64,000 nucleotides of DNA from Neoechinorhynchus agilis (GCA_051530055.1 CM121341.1:19012784-19076783); one strand, 5' to 3'. Counted from the stretch's first letter, positions 50,486-62,959 are shown. Notes: generated by a model from the letters alone, not told the origin. A program made the numbers and translations.

Positions 50486-51499
50486 ATGTGCGATCCTACG
50501 ATAAAAAGTCAGCATTTTGATAAAATCGATCAAGCTATTGGAGAACATCCAAGCTCAAAACGACAAACATATGAACATGTTATAAAAGATTACGACGAGT
50601 TAAAAGAACTTACCGAATCGGGCAATTTAATAGGCCAATCCGAGCAATATTTTACGAGGTTGGTGAGTATCCTTTCTACGAAATCCGAAAAGTTTGACGA
50701 TGATGTCTCAGTTGTGGGACCGCAACTTATAGATGAGTCGCCGAAAACAGAATGTGAGACGGAAGAGAAGCCGGACTCAAAAACAAATGAGCAAAACTAT
50801 TTGTCAGAATTACTTGAAGAATTGGAGCAGTTCCGAAAAAAGGAGAAAAACTGGCAAAATAAAAAGCTTCAAGTTAAACTCAAATTGTTCGAATTTCGCG
50901 AACAAATGGAGAAACGCATAAGTAGTGACAAAAACGATTTTTTTGGTGTTGCTCAGGAAGCAAAATCGATGTTTACCAGAGTTGTTTCAGGCATGGAAAT
51001 GAAGTTGGATAATCTACGAGATTCAAACGAGAAATTAAAAAATGCTCTTAAAGCGACAGAGCATCATAGCGAGGATCTACAAATGGTTGTTCAATGCCTC
51101 AATGAACACGCCGACAATCTTGATTTGATGTTATCCGACAAAGATTTTGAAATCGACATTCTTCAAAGACAAAGGAAAGAGTTGCTAAATAAACTGAAGG
51201 GTCTTGAAACAGATTATCAACATATCGTTACGGAGAACACTAGACTCCTCGGTGCCATGGGATGGAAATTAGTTGAAATGGAATACGATATAAACGGTGA
51301 AAACTCGAAATGCACCGCGAATCTCTCGAGTTACTTTGAAAATATATGGCCTTTCGCTGCACTCAATGGATACTCACATGAAAAACGCAGTGGAATCTCG
51401 GAGCTCGTGAAAACAAGAGTACGTCAAAATATATTCAGGCCGGTCTGTTCTGTGTTAAATTGGATCGCAAATATTTTCAAAAGGAAAAAAACGGATTAA
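50486..51499 (+). CDS. Intronless coiled-coil protein of unknown function (~337 aa)
   Basis: Long uninterrupted ORF from the ATG at 50486; E/K/L-rich heptad-like centre; C-terminal amphipathic segment (FRPVCSVLNWIANIF). Confidence 0.7.
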   Translation: MCDPTIKSQHFDKIDQAIGEHPSSKRQTYEHVIKDYDELKELTESGNLIGQSEQYFTRLVSILSTKSEKFDDDVSVVGPQLIDESPKTECETEEKPDSKTNEQNYLSELLEELEQFRKKEKNWQNKKLQVKLKLFEFREQMEKRISSDKNDFFGVAQEAKSMFTRVVSGMEMKLDNLRDSNEKLKNALKATEHHSEDLQMVVQCLNEHADNLDLMLSDKDFEIDILQRQRKELLNKLKGLETDYQHIVTENTRLLGAMGWKLVEMEYDINGENSKCTANLSSYFENIWPFAALNGYSHEKRSGISELVKTRVRQNIFRPVCSVLNWIANIFKRKKTD

Positions 51500-52289
51500 G
51501 AACTTTATCTATAGTTTTATCGTTAATAAACTTTAGGCAATGTAGACGTTATGCAAAAAGTATCTCGTTCGCTTCCGTTCATGTGTTTTTAAATTATAAA
51601 TCAATAACTTATAAATTTTCTACATACTCACATAAAAATAATGCAGAGAAATACATACCAAATTGTGCTAAATATTAACCAAGAAATTTTGTGCTTTGCA
51701 TTATCGGTTGTTATGATCACGAATAATCTATTCCGTTAAAATTGGACGATCAATAGTCAAAGAAATGGCGCATTTTGGTGAACTCCGACCAATCGAAGAA
51801 TTTCATTTCTACTGTTGCAGACGATGTTTATAATACAGACGTTCATAAATGCCGAATAGAAATGGCCTTCTGCTGTCTATTTAAAGCGATTTTATATACG
51901 TTCATAAAAACGTCAGAAACAATATTGTTCGGATACTTCATAGCCGTTTTTCCTTGGTTTATTTTCGCAATCGAAGCAACCAAATAATGATAGCGCATTC
52001 TAACAAACCCTCGGAGGACCTAAAGAACGTATAAGAAATCAAGCTAGACAATAAAACTCGGCCTAATTTAAAAAAATTCTTGCCGTGCAAATGATTGAAT
52101 TTATCAGGCTGAAAGGCGGCGTATTGTTTTGAACTCCGACCAATCGAAGAATTTCATCGCTACTGTTGCAAAAGACGATGTTTTTAATACAGAAGTTCAT
52201 AGATGCCCAAAAGAAATGGCGCGAAGGCCTTCTTCAGTCTATTGCTTGCAGGTGCCGAAAATTATCAAATAAATCAATCAAAAAAGTAG

Positions 52290-52590
52290 TTAAAGAACAT
52301 AAGTATGCTCTGGAGATAGGTTCGATGCCAGTTCTGCTATACTCAACCATTTCGCCCAACAGTACCACTTAATGGGCATTAACAACGCTACCATTTTGGC
52401 ACGAAGTAAAACAAAATTGAATCGTGTGATTATGGAGGCAATATTCATCCGCCAAGTGGAAACGGTTGAAGGGAATAAGGCGGACCTTAGGCTCGATCTT
52501 AGGACAGTGTATATTGATCCATCCCCCCACGTAATTTTTTAGACCTTGATAAAGGCACACGATTGTGCCGAAATATCGGATTTTAAAATA
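52290..52590 (+). mobile_element. Penelope 3' remnant
   Basis: EHKYALEIG..NHFAQQYHLMGINNATILARSKTKLNRVIMEAIFIRQVETVEGNKADL, followed by a hammerhead. Confidence 0.75.
52540..52585 (+). ncRNA. Hammerhead ribozyme with U3-A8 core variant
   Basis: CC-TTGATAA-A-GGCAC-ACGATT-GTGCC-GAAA-TATC-GG: 5-bp stem II, palindromic ATAT stem III, AUC triplet; stem I only partly paired. Confidence 0.7.
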
Positions 52591-52639
52591 AAATTCCTTT
52601 AAATTTTCTACGCCAAAAGATAACCACTAATGGGTAAAT

Positions 52640-53010
52640 CATGAGTATGTTTGAGTCCAGTTTAATTGAAACCACTCACTAATGAGCCCGCCATCAAGAC
52701 CAATTCGCTTCGACCGGGGTGTGAAGCAAGATCTTCTATCACCACGGCTCTTCAATATGCCTCGACGAAGTACAGAATGACCATAGAGAGACACTGAATG
52801 ACTTACATTCCTCAGATAGTATATGCCGACCCAATAGGATGAACTTATCACCCAATAAATGTCGATTTTATACGCAATGCTACAAAAACGGAAAGTTGGT
52901 TATTGGAACAACGCCATTTCTGAGCATCGAAGAAAACCCGGTGATTGCCGTTCTCGAGGGTGACCCAGTCAAGTATTTGGATGGCTCACCATGGTCAAAT
53001 ACAAAGAAAA
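52640..53010 (+). mobile_element. Degenerate non-LTR RT fragment (clade uncertain)
   Basis: Frames read IRFDRGVKQDLLSPRLFN, IVYAD, MNLSPNKC and VKYL. Confidence 0.6.
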
Positions 53011-53149
53011 CAAGATGTAGTCCATCTTATTAAGCTGCTCAGTTGAACCCAACACAGGCCACGCACCTTCTCAATGATTATGTCATCAAAAGCCGATAGC
53101 GAAGTTGCAGAGCCCAGTTGATATTTCGGTCATAAATTTTGAACAAATT

Positions 53150-53578
53150 GAACAGTATTACAGGGCAAGTCTTAAAAGACTTCTATTCCTGCCTAAATAT
53201 CTGAGCAAAGGCATTGTCAATACCTGCCACTGAGTCGAGGTGGATTCTGCTTTAGATCGATCAAATTTTAGGTAATGTAGTGTCGCCGTTAGAACTGCAG
53301 CACACCCGGAGCTTTCCGCCTGTGCAAATAATAGCGTCAATGAATGCAAATGATCAACCGAATTTAAAAAAATGTTTCAATGTCCATCTACAGTCACAAT
53401 GAAAGCAGGCTGCGACACAAATGAAATTAACAACATTATAACTCATAGATTCAATGCGAAATAACCTTGAGAGCTCTCATGTAACTTTTATAAATCGGTG
53501 CCTAACCAAATGCCTCGATATCTAATTAGTGACGTGCATGAATGGATTACTGAGATTCCTACTGTCCCTGTCTGCAGC

Positions 53579-53612
<34 letters not shown>

Positions 53613-55400
53613 GAGTAACAACGGGGATCTGTGAAGAACCACCTGATTGAGAGGAAACTGTAGGTTTGATGATGGACAATTTTCTCGCTAAACACAGATC
53701 GAGAGATTTCGTATATGGAGCAGAAAACGTATTGTAAGGAGAGCACAATATCGTGAGAGTCCGTAGAGCGGATAATCACACGAATCTATTTTCCGGAAGG
53801 GTCATTAAAGTATCCGAAAAGGAAGTTTATGCCGGCATTCTGCAAGTTCTTTATTATTTCTTTGTTATGCGCAAATGAATATTTTTAGGGCGGATGTAAA
53901 TGTTACCTAATAAAAATTCCTTTCCTTCGAAACGAATAGAAAAAATGGCATAAAAAAAACGGGTGAGATACCACAAAATGGATAAGAGACCCTGTGAATT
54001 GAGGAAAATCTGAAGTGACTGAGGACAGTCTTTTAATGCCTTCGGGTAAATCATGAAGTGTGTGGATACTTTTTGTTTCCTGGATGAAAACCGCCTCGTA
54101 TTTCTCAACTTCGACCAGTATTTTAGGAGTACCCAGACGACCACCGGAGTTCCATTGCACTAACCTTAACTCGGCCATAGACCGGCTCGCTTCTTTTTAA
54201 TTAGCTCCACTATACCCTTCGAGAACAATTGTTTTGGTTCATCAGTGACGTGTCGAATGAAGGCTTCGTAGTCGTTCATTTCACTGTCCAAAATGGTAAC
54301 TGCTCTCGACTCGTCTACCATTGGAACATGAGATCTTTTAACATATGCCTGAGCTCCATTAGATGGAATTAAACTGATTCGATTAAGGCTTTGAGAAAGG
54401 GAAGTGGTCAGTCAGCCTCTCAAAGTATTTTTCCAGCCTTTTTTCGAGGTTGTGGATCGCAGCACTTATCCTCAGGTCTGCCACTTTCAAAATATTTGTT
54501 CGAAATTCGCTCAATATTTGATCAAGATGCTTTATCTCGTTGTTTGTTGGTTGTATTGACTTTTTAGCAGCAGCTTCTTGATGCGCGAGAGAGTGTGAGG
54601 CTGACGGCATAGCGTCCATCCTTGATTTCATGCTTCTTTTTTGGACACCTTTGTTTTGGCCCAATAAACAATACTTTTGAAGACCGTGCAGGTCCTAGTG
54701 AAAGCGCAGTGTCCTTCTTGTCCACAGTTTGCTCATCTTTTTAGTCGTCTCGAGCAGTTCACACTCGAATACTAATCACCACAGTACGCTCAGGCGATTT
54801 TCTTAGTCGGACACTGTTGTCCCCGATGACTCCACTGCTGGATCCGAGGAAAAGTATAACATCCAACCTAAACATTTCATTCATCGTGAATGTAATTTCC
54901 ATAGATTGGAAAAACATCTTCTTTGTATCAGGGAGTTCATCCTGTCGATGTCGGCTTTCAGTACAGCTCTGGTAATTGATTTCCCTGACTTACGAGATTT
55001 ATTGAAAAACAATATATTGCATTGACATTTTTCTTCGAATACGTTCTTGTCGTCCTCGTCGAAATCTGGCGAAATTCCAGAGATTAGAAACGTTGATTCG
55101 TAGGGGCTGTTCTCAAAGGCCGTTCCAGGGATCATTCTCGGTGTCAAGAAGTTTTCAAATTGTTTCCGATATACTTCCTCCGAAATAAGTGACTTTAATA
55201 ATGAGTTGTACGTCATCATTGAAGGATCGGAGCCAGGGAGCACGTTACTCCCTATATAACAATTCTCTTGGTTGAATCGGATTGGAAATAATCGAAACGG
55301 AGTACTGCTACTTTCTTGATGGAAATTCGACATTAGCTGGATCAGATGAGGAGCTAATTTGGCAAGCACCGAGAGGTGCATGCGCCCTCTTCTTAAACAA
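53150..55400 (-). mobile_element. 5' part of an I/Jockey-group LINE: ORF1 with degenerate triple zinc knuckle and ORF2 AP endonuclease; no RT
   Basis: ORF1 QQWSHRGQQC..AYCGD..NC..ANCGQEGHCAFTRTC (~54700-54860); ORF2 MAELRLVQWNSGG..FIQETK..LLGNIYIRP..SLDLCL. Confidence 0.75.
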
Positions 55401-55452
55401 AATAAATAAAACGTGCTGTTGAAGGTAATAGCTGTTTTAGATCCGAAGAGGA

Positions 55453-55880
55453 TTAGGCGCTTTGGTTTGTATTTTTAGCAAGTAATCGCTCTTTCATTCC
55501 CGAAGTGATTTGAATCTTCATAACATTAGGCGGCCGTTTACCACCCTCCGCCGCATCCCTGCTTCTCCCGGTCATTGAACCTACGTTCAGGGTGCTGATT
55601 CGTATTTTGAACGCGACTCGCTTCTTTAGCCGGACCCGTCGTTGATCCCGTAACCCTGAATAATTTTTCACAAACCCCCGGGCGCCGGGTTTGCGCGTCG
55701 CATGAAGGTAACGGGCTAGCCCGATTGATCGGAGGCATTAAACTTGACATTGCTGGTGTGTTTTTGGCTCAGGTTTTACGGCCGGATGCCCTTCCTGACG
55801 CCAGCCCTCCCCATTTGTCCGGGCTTGGGACCGGCACCGAGTTACCCCGATGGCAGGGTTCCTGTGCGGAATCGAATCAT
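55453..55880 (-). mobile_element. 5' end of an RTE-clade element (5' UTR plus start of the AP endonuclease)
   Basis: IRISTLNVGSMTGRSR is typical of RTE APE N-termini; ribozyme motif upstream. Confidence 0.75.
55799..55869 (-). ncRNA. Twister ribozyme (type P1 with P3 hairpin); cleavage site apparently degenerate
   Basis: AA-CCCT-GCC-[ATCGGGGTAACTCGGT]-GCCGGTCCCAAGCCCGGACAAA-TGGG-GAGG-GCTGGCG matches the twister core GCCGGUCCCAAGCCCGGAUAAA..GAGG. Confidence 0.85.
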
Positions 55881-56049
55881 GCCTCTAATAACTGCGCAAA
55901 CCCTCGAAATAGACGCTGTAGTCAAGGTGGTTAAACCCCTTTATGATCGGTTTCTGTAATCATCTCCAACTTATCATAATATAACTAGGGATGTCCATTC
56001 CCTTTTAGACCTTATTATTCTCAAGAAAAGGCTTAATTTACTACCTCAG

Positions 56050-56410
56050 GTTGACCGTCGCAGGTCTCTATTACTCTCTTTTAACGCGAGGATAAAGATT
56101 TTGGAGCAACGGATCATTTTTCTGCGAAGATGTGTCTCCAGGCATGTTATCCCCGCTTTCGTTAACAGAATGGTCTATATGAGGGGCAAGCTGGTCAACA
56201 GGCGGTCGATTCGTGCTACGTTGGAGAAACTTAGAGAACAATGCCTAATGATGAGCTTGAGGAACTCTAGGGAGTCATTGCATTTTCTCAAGCGGAATTT
56301 GTTCAAGTACGGACAGCGTTGCACTCCTCTGATTCCTTTTCAGACAACCGAAGAAAAGCTTCCTGACAAAGACGCAAGGCGTCGAAAATTTGAAGCAATA
56401 AACAAATAAA
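56050..56410 (+). mobile_element. Probable N-terminal fragment of a Penelope ORF
   Basis: EQRIIFLRRCVSRHVIPAFV resembles the PLE N-terminal xxFLxRCxxxxxIP motif. Confidence 0.5.
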
Positions 56411-56449
56411 ACACCCATTTTCCGTTCAATAATAAATCTGGAATAAACA

Positions 56450-57530
56450 TGAGGGTGTTGGGAAAAGAGGCTTTCCATAATATTCTCTTAATAATACCCC
56501 GACTAGGCTTAGCGCATACCTTTAATGTAAACCTCTCCCTTCGCAAGGCGACGAAGTACCGACCACCCCGAAGTCACCGCCCAAAGCCAAGCAATCAGAC
56601 GATGGATATTGCGACGGATCAGATTCACCTCCCAGCCTTATACCTCCAACAAGGCTCAGGACGATCTCAGCATCGGATAGGTTTTGCCGAAATTCCAAAT
56701 TACATCACAATGTGTTCAAATCGCCTACAATCGACGCTGGTGACGCAGATAATTTGAACGCGCCACTTATAGATCACGTTCAACCTGAGAAGACCAACGC
56801 TGCCGGGCTCCCACGCGTCTCTACTGGTTTGTGTCCGGTTTGCGGTAAGTCTTTTAAATTAACCAATCTGGGGGGTTTTGTTTGTCCATGGTCCCCGGGA
56901 TCTCCGCTGTAGTGGGTCTGGTTCTCCACCACAATTAACCGAACCTTTCGTGCCTGAGACCCCTCAGATCACCACTGACTCTATTTCGATACCTGATATC
57001 GTGCGGTTTCTGCCCAGGAACGTCCTGAAACGGATCCCTAAAGGCGCGCGATATCTGGTCGCCAAAGCATTTACGGGATTGCTCAACGATTGCGTGCAAA
57101 CGAACTGTGCGCCATCATGGACACGGCTCTTCGCTTTCCCGCGCTTAGTCATCTGCACCAGCGGTGATTCTGCGGTGTCTTTGACATCAACAATCAAGGA
57201 AAGGTTAGCCTACTTTGAACAAATATTTAACAATTTTGAAAGGAATCTGCGCGAGGTTCGTAAGGGACGCACGAAGGAAGAGTTTCGCTGCCGTTTTTCA
57301 AAACGATCACTGACTGAGCGTGTCTCTTCGAAGCTTGCTGACGGGGATGTTCGGGGGGCTGTTCGGTTATTGTCATCCTCCGACAGTTTCGCAAAAGGAG
57401 ACAGCGAGACGCTACAAATACTCCGGTCGAAGCACCCATGTAGTAGCGGAAGTTTTGAAATTCCATCTCCTCCCATACAAGAAAGGACGCCCACTCAAAT
57501 TTCGACAAACGAAGCAGGGTATTTGGAAAA
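56450..57530 (+). mobile_element. 5' part of a CRE-clade element ORF (zinc finger plus pre-RT region)
   Basis: CPVCGKSFKLTNLGG/FVHGPR..CSGS, then LKRIPKGARY..WTRLFAF..KLADGDVRGAVRLLSS..TLQILRSKHP. Confidence 0.8.
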
Positions 57531-57890
57531 GAGTGAGGCAGCATGAATACGCACTCAAACGAAGTGACGTGTCATCGGCCATCTTTAATCGCGCCGTGCA
57601 AATCGACCACACAATCGACTTCGGAGGAGCGAAGGTGAAAATGGTGGAGAACGGGCTCCAAAGAAGGCTCTGATCAACGAAACTCTTCTCATCAACGCGG
57701 AGATTACAATGGAAGGCAACAAGAACAACTTCGCTCTTGTCCTTCCGACAAATAACCTCCGTGGTGCAGTAGCGCATAGGGTGAAGCGTCACCTCGGAAA
57801 TTGATGGTCCCACGTCCAGGGGTTAAATGAGCTCCCCTACTACATGTGATTTTAGATGCTTGATAAGGAAGTTGAGGCCTCGAAAAAATT
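57530..57890 (+). mobile_element. Penelope 3' remnant
   Basis: EYALKRSDVSSAIFNRAVQIDHTIDFGGAK..INAEITMEGNK; degenerate TTGATAA..CCTCGAAA motif near 57860-57885. Confidence 0.7.
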
Positions 57891-57899
57891 TGCATGTTT

Positions 57900-58850
57900 A
57901 CAAATAAATCTCGAGGAGGGAAAAACTCGCGGTATAGAGAAAATAAACTGAACCCCTCGAGGGAAAAACTCGATCGAATTTTCGATATAGTTAGCTATTG
58001 GAATTCAAAAGATGAAATCTCAAATAATGGATCGTCAGCCTGTTTTAAGGCCACAAATTTGATTTCACGAGAGACTTTAACAGATATTGCAAAGGTCATC
58101 ATTCACGCTCCACCGGAAGAGTGGGTAGAAACCAATTTAGTAAAAAGATCTTAACCAAGAAGCGCAGGAAGGTGGCCTCTGAGGGGGGACGTTAGGCCAA
58201 TTGTAACGTGGAACTCTCTTGTTTCGATCTATGAACGCGCCCTAGACAAACTAGTTTTACGATTTGCTTTTGAAAATAATTGTATAGACCCAAGATGTCA
58301 TGGTTTTTACCTAATAAGTCAGTGCACTCGGCAATTTCGGAGATTGTGTCTAATTTTAGGAATTATTAGAAATCAATGAATGTTTTGATTTCGTTTGATA
58401 TTTCTAAAGCATTCGATTTTATAAATATTGAATTCATTACACATATTCTAGAATACTTCCACTTCCCATATAACCTTATTGCAAGAATCAACAATTCTCT
58501 GTGTTCAAACCGATTTTTCTTCCAAGGCGATCCCTCTCATACTATTCATTTTCAAACGATCTTATTTTGTTTAGCCTCACAGTTCGTAATTCAAAATTGC
58601 AAAGTATGTAAAGGCATCACCCTATACGCCGATGACATTACGGTTGTAATAAAAGAACCCAACTATAAGACAGCAATCAAGAAACTGTACGAACTATTTA
58701 CCTGGCTCAACACTATTCTACCTCAAATGGGTCTCACCCTCAAAAACTCAATTTATTCTCAAATCGAAGTCGGTTGTTGGGAAACGTCGATTACGGGAAT
58801 TCTATAGCAGCATTTTTCACCTGAATTCGGCTCCAAATTTCATTAACATT
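57900..58850 (+). mobile_element. Degenerate L1/Tx1-like RT fragment
   Basis: DVRPIVTWNS..DPRCHGF, LISFDISKAFD, QGDP, LYADDIT. Confidence 0.7.
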
Positions 58851-58904
58851 AAAATTCTTGATTACACCTTTTCATGTAACCTCAGACCTCGATATTCTTT
58901 CACG

Positions 58905-61900
58905 ATGATCGGACTTGATGTTACTGATTCTTGTCGGTCACGTAAAAGAAGCAGCTCCGGCGGCCAGACAGCTACTGATAGTAGCCTGTCAACGCGGGGT
59001 AGGTGTGCCGCTCCACTTGGTGATGCAGCGGCGAACGGGAGCAACAAAATCCAACAGTGCAACAGGAAAAAGCGAGGGGGTCTTAGCTCTCGCCGACGAC
59101 TTGAGCGTCGAAATGAGCGAAACTGTCGCCGGAGGCAACGAAAGCGTCAGTTGAAGCTCATCACCGTGGTGGGTACGGACTGTTCAAGTGGCGCTGACAG
59201 CCGTGGGCCCTTTGGCCCAGCTATTTCAGATAGAAGAGGACTACGAATCGGATCCTTGAATTGTAGGAGTCTGCGAGCGCAATGGCGTAGGGGACCCCTG
59301 GCCAAATTGACAAGGGACGCTAGAATGGATATTGTGTTTTTACAAGAATTGCGCATAAGAGGCCAGTCAGACACAGACGTAAATCAGGAGGATTTAGGAG
59401 GAGGCCGGTCATTATGTTACCTATCTGGGAACAGTCGAGGAAATGGAGGTGTAGGCGTTTATTTATCACCCCGCCTCCGAAACTCAGCACTATGCCGTCC
59501 TATAACTAACCGTATCCTTCATGTCAGCATAAAGCTTCGGTCGAGAAATCTCTATGTTTTTTGCTTATATTCACCGACCTCCTCGTCGGATGAAGAGGCG
59601 GTTGAAGGATTTTATGGAAATCTAGCCGAAGCATTAGATGATGTACCGAGTAGAGACACCCTCCTAATAGCCGGTCCGCATTCCGAAAGATCGCTATATG
59701 TGTTGAAAGGCGAGAATCAGAACAGCCGACCGGTACTTGTTTGAGGCGCTGGAGCGGCATGATATCGTGTCTGCTAACACTTTATTCCGGAAGCGTCCGT
59801 GGCGTTTGGCGACGTTTATGGGTCAAAATAATCCGTCCAAACATGCCATGGGAAAAAATCCCAAGAGATGCTCAGCTTCACCGTATATTGTTGAGACGTA
59901 GGTAAAAATGTCGCGTCAAAAACGCTGACACATTCACAGTTGATGGGCTACCAACCGGCCACAAGTTGGTGATGTGTCAGTTGAGCATGAGTGACTCGTT
60001 GTTCCGTACGCCTCAGCATTTTCCACGTCCGTTCTATGGCGCCCTCGCTAATGAGGAGAAGAGGAAAGAGTTCGATATCGAACTAGAGAATCAACTGAGC
60101 TCGATGCCAGCTGCTGAAACGGATATTGATTTTTATTACAAGTCAATCTGCGACGCAGCGACCGAAGCGGCCGAGAAAACCCTCCCAAAAATGACACGTA
60201 TAAAAGCTGCAAAGGTTATATGGCAGGAGGACTGTGAATTTTAGGCAATGGCTGAGCAGATAAAAACTCTAAGAAAAAGAGGAAAACGATCTGAGGCTCG
60301 CATTGCAAGTCTTGAACTTGCCAACCTCTATAATGAAAAGCAAAAGGCTTCGATAGAGGATGCAGTTCGCGGGATCGCATATAAGGAAGGTTTTGTTCGT
60401 ACCTCCTAAGCATGGAGAGCGATAAACACTCTTACGGGAAGATCCCAAAGACAGCCAACTTTGATTGAAGGTCCCTCCCCGGAAATCAGAAAAAAGAGAA
60501 TCGCAAATTATTTTGCGGAAATTCTCAATTCGCCATTATCGTATTTGGAAGTTAGTCCTGCACTTCCAAAAGGCACAATCGTCCCAAGCACTGAGGCATA
60601 CTTCACTGGACCGATTTCCGTGAAGGAAGCGATCGCTGCGGCGAAAATGATGCGTGCGAGACGTGCATCAGGCCCAGGTGGGATAATGGCATGGCGGAAA
60701 GGTCATACCGATAACGAATGGTGGCTCAGTACCTCAAATCTGGCAAACCGCGCATTTAACAATGATTCCCAAGAAATTCTGCTCGACAAAGGTGGAGGAC
60801 TAGAGAGGTATATCCTTGATGTCCAACACGGCAAAACTTTTCAGCAGCATTTTGAGACGCCGAATTCAGTCAATCCTCGAACCGTTTCTAAGAATTGAAC
60901 AGAACGGCTTGAGGAAAGGTCGAGGCACCACAGAACACATATTGGCTTTGAGGAGGATCCTTGAGGAGGCATGAATTCATCAAACGGATGTGACGCTGGT
61001 ATTTGTTGATTTCCGTCGAGCTCTCGATTCGGTAAATCGAACGATGATTGGCGGTATCTTAAAGGAGTATGGAGTGCCGTCTATCATTGTCACATCAGTT
61101 ATGGCATTATATAAAAACACAAGGTCCGCCGTAAAGACAGTTGACAGTTTGACAGAATACTTTTCCACCACTTCAGGTGTTTTGCAGGGCGACACATTGG
61201 CTCCTTTCCTCTTCATCTTGGTGCTTGATTGGGTAATGAGATGGGCACTACCGAATGATGAAGATGGATTTCTTCAGTTGAGGAAAAGAGGTCGCAGGTA
61301 TCCTGAGATACGCGATTCCTACATGGCATATGCTGACGACATCGTATTGATGTCCCCAACAGTCGAAGGAGCTCAACGCAATCTAAATAGACTGTGCGAG
61401 AGGGCGAGTATGATTGGTCTGACCATCAACTCGAAAAAGACGGAATTCTTGACGATTCCGCATGTCGCGCATACAGTCTCTGGCGAAGGGCCGAATGGCG
61501 TTGGGCAATTAAAACAGATAGAGCGGTATGTCTATCTGGGAGATGTCGTTCCTGAGGTGAGTGCGGATGTCAGCCGACGGAGAGCTATAGCTTGGAGAGC
61601 AATGGGGCAACTTAAACCACTGTTTGACAGTGAGTCTTTGCCAGATGAACTCCGTTCGCAGCTGTTCAGGGCTCTAATTGAGAGCATTCTCTACTACAAT
61701 GCAGAGGCCTGGACACTGTCACCAACGGCGACGAGGCAGTTGGACCAAAATCATTCATCTCTCTTACGTGCGGCGTTCAGGGTTAGATGGTCAGATAAAG
61801 TGACCAACAAAGCACTGTATAAGAGAGCCGAAGTCCAACCGCCCAGTGAATATTTGCGCCGCAGACGACTGCAGTTCACGGGCAATATAATTCGGTCCGA

Positions 61901-62137
61901 GGCATCTTGCCCACAGGTCGTACAACAGTTCCTTTTCTGGAAGCCAACGACATTGTATCGTAAAGGCAAAGGGAACTGTCGTACATACGATGACCTGATT
62001 TTAAGAGACGTGAATTGCCCGCATAACAGGACTGCTGTCGTGTATTTTAGATCCATTGCGGAGTCTAATTCTATTTGACGGGCTTATACCTACGGTGCAA
62101 CGTAGGAAAGTACCGTTGCATACAATACAATACAATG
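58905..62137 (+). mobile_element. Near full-length, degenerate RTE/RTEX-like LINE (APE plus RT) with (TACAA)n tail
   Basis: LRIGSLNCRSL..IVFLQELR; RGISLM..EQNGLRKGRG; VFVDFRRALDSV; GVLQGDTLAPFLF; YADDIV; YVYLG; tail CATACAATACAATACAAT at ~62120-62137. Confidence 0.9.
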
Positions 62138-62959
62138 TAACCTCAGTATTAAATTTGACATGAGTAAGTTCAAACGTCTACTGAAAACGGCTAAAGCGAA
62201 GGCATTAGGAGCACGCAACTTATATTTAGATAATCAAGCCACTAAAACTATTTGAACTGCCTGGGCAATCCCAGGCCTCGTCTTTTATTCAAGAGGACCT
62301 TCCCCTGAGCAAAGACCCAAATTCGTTGGCACCTTCCTAGAGACTGAGGAAGACCCAATTCGATTGGAAACACAACGCATTGGGCCGACAATATACTCAA
62401 TTGGACGAACCTGAACAAATAGGATAAAGAACCTCCATTGACAGTACCTATGCACCTACTGTAGCAAATGGTCTCATTCACTTTGTGTATGTTTTTGCAA
62501 CCTGACGTTGCAGCGGAGGGTGACAAACGGCCACCCAATGTTATAAAGGTTCACTTACTCTCGGAGTACAAATTACATTTGCTCTCTACTTGTGTGGTAT
62601 ACAGCAGTTAAGCCCTGGAGAAGGATGCCCAACTCAAAGGACCTCATGCCCAGTTGAAATCTTCAAACGTAAATCGGAAGGCCTATTTAGTCTACCCCAC
62701 TCAAGGATGGCCAAATGTATTAGCTATCCCGTCCAATCCGGTCATGCCTAAACAATCACTGTAATATTAAACCTTTACCCCGTGGGTTCGTTTATTCATA
62801 AACCGCGGCGTAAAAAGGATCAATCATCTCACCTAGTATGCTGGAACAATGAGGTTATACTTAGCAATCCAAAAATAGCTCTTACGCTATCGCGACTTCC
62901 TAAATTCCAAGCTTTCCAAGGAAATTTTCAGTCTCCACAACTTAATAGCCGAGTATGAG

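Noticed and set aside
52210-52240. CTGAAGA-A-GGCC motif on the minus strand
   Set aside because: The stem is followed by ATTTC rather than GAAA
62150-62950. Coding or TE identity of this segment
   Set aside because: Looks like decayed element sequence, but no diagnostic motif was found in any frame
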